From Promethearchaeia archaeon (GTDB taxonomy: Archaea; Asgardarchaeota; Lokiarchaeia; Sigyniarchaeales; SOKP01): a stretch of 12,056 bases of DNA. The notes beneath the pieces were generated by a model. It did no database searches, was not told the origin of the DNA, and saw only the letters and a program-made list of their open reading frames with translations. Below, piece after piece: positions 8,592 through 12,056 of the stretch. The stretch spans positions 1 to 12,056 of the forward strand of contig JAHQWL010000003.1 in the NCBI GenBank assembly GCA_029856155.1. Direction: 5' to 3'. The position numbers and the translations under genes were made by a program. Position 1 is the first letter of the stretch, and each line of letters opens with the position of its first letter.

Positions 8592-9566
8592 ATGTCAAAT
8601 ATTAATAAAAAGCAGGAAATAATTGCCTATATCTTATTAATCTTAACTATGGTTATTTGGGGAGGTACTTGGCCAATAGGGCGGTGGTTAGTATCTGAAA
8701 AAGTAGGAGGTGCAACAATCCCACCATTCATGATAGCAGTCATCCGTTATTTTTTAGCGATAATTTGTTTCTTTTTCATTCTTAAATTTAAAGAAGGAAG
8801 TTTAAATTGGCAATTTGCTAAGGAAAATTGGAAGATCTTAGTGATAATGGGTTTTTTATCTGTTACAATTTATCAAGCAGGTTATCTTTTAGGTGAAATT
8901 TTCACTGCTGCAAGTGATGCCAGTATAATGGTCGCAACAAATGCTATTTGGGTTGTAATTCTTTCCAGCATTTTCTTAAAAACAGAATTCTTTAGTTGGA
9001 AAAAAGCTGGTGGAACTTTTTTAGCATTCATAGCGGTCATCCTTGTTGTAGGGTTTTCTCCAAATGTAGATGTTTTGAATCGATTTCTTGGAGATATTTT
9101 AATATTGGCAGCCGCGCTTGCTTATGCTACATATACTGTCATTTCACGCTATTTTTTGAACAAGACTAAAAGCGAAACTGAATCATATCAACCAAGCTCC
9201 ATATGGATAATGACATGGGTATCTTTTTTTGGATTTTTAATAACCACACCAATAGCCTTAATTATCAGCCCAGAATATTTTAACCCTCTTAGTTACCTTT
9301 CAATTCCTCCCCGAGTATGGTTAGGAATTGCATATTTAGCATTTTTATCAACAATAGGAGCATATACATTTTATTTAGAGGGTGTAAAACGTTTGGATGC
9401 TAGCAGAGCGGCAATTTTTCAAACATTAGTTCCTTTATTTGGTGTATTGTTTTCTGCGATATTCCTTCACGAAAATTTTGATGTTTTCATTTACCCTATT
9501 TCTTTATTACTAGTTATATTGGGAATAACTCTTGTAAATCTAAGAAAAAATAAGAAAGTGGATTAA
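8592..9566 (+). CDS. DMT superfamily (EamA-like) transporter
   Basis: About 10 TM segments, IWGGTW, PF...AVIRY, GDILILAAALAYATY and GVKRLDASRAAIF..LVP. ATG 8592 preferred over GTG 8583; TTTAAA lies at 8563-8568. Confidence 0.92.
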   Translation: MSNINKKQEIIAYILLILTMVIWGGTWPIGRWLVSEKVGGATIPPFMIAVIRYFLAIICFFFILKFKEGSLNWQFAKENWKILVIMGFLSVTIYQAGYLLGEIFTAASDASIMVATNAIWVVILSSIFLKTEFFSWKKAGGTFLAFIAVILVVGFSPNVDVLNRFLGDILILAAALAYATYTVISRYFLNKTKSETESYQPSSIWIMTWVSFFGFLITTPIALIISPEYFNPLSYLSIPPRVWLGIAYLAFLSTIGAYTFYLEGVKRLDASRAAIFQTLVPLFGVLFSAIFLHENFDVFIYPISLLLVILGITLVNLRKNKKVD

Positions 9567-9630
9567 TTTTCGATCCTAGAGACAAATTCTATAATTAGCT
9601 CATAATTTCAATAAAATATCAACTATATGT

Positions 9631-9638
9631 TTTTATAT
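9631..9638 (+). promoter_or_regulatory. TATA box candidate for the J-domain gene (possibly leaderless mRNA)
   Basis: TTTTATAT ends about 26 nt before the ATG at 9665, which fits archaeal spacing. Confidence 0.4.
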
Positions 9639-9664
9639 CCGAATTTTATTCTATTAAGTAGAAG

Positions 9665-10012
9665 ATGAATGAGAATAAGGATTATTATGAGCTTTTAGGG
9701 ATTGAAAAAGATTCTACAGAAGAGGAAATTAAATTAGCATATAGAAAATTAGCTAAAAAATATCATCCTGATGTTAATAAAACAGATCCTAAAGCTAAAG
9801 AGAAATTTATTGAAATAAAGGAAGCTTATGAAACCTTAATTGATCCTATAAAACGTGGAATCTATGATCAGCCTATATATAATCCTCAGAACCCAGATTG
9901 GAGTGATCTGTTTAGAACTTCTGATTTTAGAACTTTTATAGAAATAATGAGACGAATATATAGAAATTCAAATCCGTCTTATAAACCTCCTCCTGAAGGA
10001 ATGTATGTATAA
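9665..10012 (+). CDS. Small J-domain (DnaJ class III) protein
   Basis: DYYELLGI...[20 protein letters not shown]...[12 protein letters not shown] with an intact HPD motif. No G/F-rich region, Zn finger or CTD; a ~45 aa tail ends in PPPEGMYV. Confidence 0.92.
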   Translation: MNENKDYYELLGIEKDSTEEEIKLAYRKLAKKYHPDVNKTDPKAKEKFIEIKEAYETLIDPIKRGIYDQPIYNPQNPDWSDLFRTSDFRTFIEIMRRIYRNSNPSYKPPPEGMYV

Positions 10013-10159
10013 TAGTTTCAATTCTCCTTTTATTTGGTTAATATCTAAAAGAATTGTTTGGATTAATTTAGATTATAAATTATATAAATTTAAGACTTCA
10101 TTATTTCATATAAATATTAAGTCTGATAATTATGATTTCATTTTAGATCAGGTTATATT

Positions 10160-10429
10160 ATGGTTGATTCCTCAAAATCCAACTCAGCTAATATGATAAA
10201 ATCTGAATATAATAAGAGATTAAAGGAATTAGAATCCAAATTAGCATTAAAACATAAAGAATTGAAACAAATTGAAAATGCATTTATTCATGACACAAAG
10301 AAGATTGATCATTCAAATGTTGGTAAATTAAAATCTAAAAAAGCACAAGTTAATTCAGAAATATTACTGTTAATAAAACAGATTAAAAAAGTCAGTAAGG
10401 AAAAGCTTAGAAAACTTAAAAAATTATAA
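10160..10429 (+). CDS. Hypothetical Lys-rich coiled-coil protein, 89 aa
   Basis: ATG ORF with heptad-like Leu/Ile periodicity in two long helices. No family recognised. Confidence 0.65.
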   Translation: MVDSSKSNSANMIKSEYNKRLKELESKLALKHKELKQIENAFIHDTKKIDHSNVGKLKSKKAQVNSEILLLIKQIKKVSKEKLRKLKKL

Positions 10430-10510
10430 AAATACTTTTATAGGATTTAAGTTAATACATTCTAATTATTGAAATCTCCTATAATTTTAATAAATCTTAT
10501 TAAAAAATAG

Positions 10511-10519
10511 AAAAAAAAA
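10511..10519 (-). terminator. Archaeal oligo-T terminator candidate
   Basis: T9 on the minus strand about 13 nt after the stop at 10533. Confidence 0.4.
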
Positions 10520-10658
10520 GTTAAATTATTATCTAATCTGTTAGGGCTCGTTTTTTCATAAATATATAGATTACTGCTATTACTGCAACACCTGCGACTA
10601 TAGACACTACAACAATAACTACAATCACTGTTGGATCTACTCCACCAGAGGGAATACT

Positions 10659-11207
10659 TTTAGTTATTGTTATTTCTTCAAATGAAAGGTTTCCTAAAGT
10701 ATCATTAGCATAGAATGTAATTGTGATTGAGCCTTCAGGCAAAGATGCCCATGTAGTATGATCAATAGTTGCATTTAAAGTAATTGTAAAATTGTTTACA
10801 CCGCCATCAAGGGAATACCAGATTGAATCTAAATGATCGTCTGTGACTATAATTATGAATCCAGGTGCATTGACTCCAAACTCACTTCCGGAAGAAGGTG
10901 ATTCAATTACGATAATTGGTCCAGTAGCATCTTTTTCAATACTAACTTCAGCAGATCCAATATTTCCTGGTTTATCAGAAGCATAAAATGTTAATGTAAT
11001 TATGCCATCAGTCATTGCATTCCATACAGATTGATCTATAATTCCAGTAAATTTTGTAAATGTGTAATTGTTTAATCCACCATCAAGTGTATACCACATC
11101 TCAAATAGATATGTCTCAGTTATGGTTAAACTGAAAGCTGGAGCATTTTTAACAAATAAATCATTATTACTAGGTGAATTAATTGTGACTAATGGTTCTT
11201 CATCATC
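10659..11207 (-). repeat. Two tandem ~92-aa Ig-like domains (protein-level repeat)
   Basis: P-x-x-x-I-x-SP...NAPxF...WY(T/S)LDGG.NN(Y/F)T...ID...W.....G.IT(L/I)TFYA.D..GN occurs twice. Confidence 0.8.
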
Positions 11208-11399
11208 AGCTATAGGAAAATGATCTATGCTTCCTGCAGAACCTCCTATATATGTATATGGAGTATCCACGATTCCATATGGGGCGTCGTTATCTGGACC
11301 TGTGTGATTGTCCCAGTAATTACCAATTGTTGTACGATTCCATTGGTTGTTCCATCATCAATCGCATGTTTCGCATTTTTTCGAAAGAAATTTAAATAA

Positions 11400-12056
11400 A
11401 ATGAGTTATAACTCCCCGAGTTTACTTCTATACCAATAGTATTATTATCTAAGACATTTTCAGTAAAATAATTATAATCACAACCTTCTACAAAATTTAT
11501 CCCAGTATCTCCGTTATTTTGTATTTTATTTCCTAAAATTGTGTTATTTTCGCATCCTGATTCTAATTCTATACCATGATAAACATTATTGTTAATTGTA
11601 TTTCCCAAAATTGTGTTATTATAACAATTCAAGAAAAGAAAAATCCCATATTCATTATTATTTATAGTATTTTCTGAGATTGTATTGAAACTAGAACCTT
11701 CTTCTATTTGTATTCCTTCATAGTTATAATTAACAACATTTTCTGAGATAGTATTATCATTGGATTCATCACCTAACACCATTCCATATTCGTTATTATC
11801 GATATTATTTCTTGAAATCGTATTATTATTACAAAACAAATTGAAATCTATTCCATAATCGCCATTATTATTTACATCATTTTCTGAGATTATATTATAG
11901 TCACAATCCTCCAAATATATTCCATCAATTTCATTATTGTTTATTATGTTTTCGGTGATAATATTATAGTCACAATCAAAATATATCCACATCCCATCGT
12001 GATTACCGCTTATGTTGTTTTCTGCGATAATGTTGTTCTCACAATCAGTGTCAAAA
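11400..12056 (-). repeat. Coding tandem repeats (66-72 nt) of parallel beta-helix coils
   Basis: ATATTATAGTCACAATC at 11892-11908 and 11961-11977 (69 nt apart); AAAATTGTGTTATT at 11535-11548 and 11607-11620 (72 nt apart). The spacing matches 22-24 aa protein repeats. Confidence 0.8.

Larger units (their letters stand above)
10533..12056 (-). pseudogene. Frameshifted membrane-anchored surface protein: NosD-type beta-helix repeats, two Ig-like domains and a C-terminal TM anchor (5' end outside the window)
   Basis: The frame of ORF 11246..11992 is open to the window edge and reads as beta-helix repeats up to HAIDDGT. The family continuation NQWNRTTIGNYWDNHTGPDNDAPYGIVDTPY lies in the -1 frame, which is the frame of ORF 10533..11270. 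The two track ORFs are therefore one gene broken at about 11342-11354, whether by a real lesion or an assembly error. Confidence 0.85.

Noticed and set aside
878-9566. RiPP/azole biosynthetic cluster (SagB + CAAX protease + radical SAM + methyltransferase + transporter)
   Set aside because: No YcaO cyclodehydratase and no Cys/Ser/Thr-rich precursor; the radical SAM is SPL-like without a SPASM domain; stand-alone SagB/ThcOx proteins are common in archaea; gene orientations are mixed.
10005-10196. 63-aa ORF between the J-domain and coiled-coil genes
   Set aside because: Low-complexity translation of AT-rich intergenic DNA that overlaps both neighbours.
10533-11270. Independent 245-aa gene starting at GTG 11270
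   Set aside because: The frame continues upstream through the GNYW motif and has no signal peptide; it is the 3' half of the frameshifted beta-helix gene.
11400-12056. Spaced DNA repeats resembling a CRISPR array
   Set aside because: The repeats are imperfect, in frame and explained by beta-helix protein repeats; no cas genes are present.

Overview
AT-rich archaeal-type window, most likely from an Asgard (Lokiarchaeia-like) genome. This is inferred from a Loki-type profilin-like domain, NosD/beta-helix surface proteins with C-terminal anchors, TATA-like boxes and oligo-T terminators. In order it holds the 3' end of a probable GNAT, a small acidic hypothetical, a SagB/ThcOx nitroreductase, a RimJ/RimL GNAT, a CPBP (CAAX/Abi) protease, DJ-1/PfpI, an SPL-like radical SAM, a profilin-like::LCM-family methyltransferase fusion, a DUF4184-like membrane protein, a NosD-type secreted protein, an EamA/DMT transporter, a minimal J-domain protein, a basic coiled-coil protein and a second NosD/Ig-like surface protein that runs off the right edge. 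Main points of interest: (1) the profilin-methyltransferase fusion; (2) a J-domain protein ending in a Pro-rich HbYX-like tail (PPPEGMYV) resembling proteasome-docking tails; (3) both beta-helix surface genes carry frameshifts, one in a poly-A tract within the signal peptide; (4) a perfect 18-bp palindrome just upstream of the first NosD gene. No rRNA, tRNA, CRISPR array or mobile element was seen. Family assignments come from motif recognition only; no searches were run.
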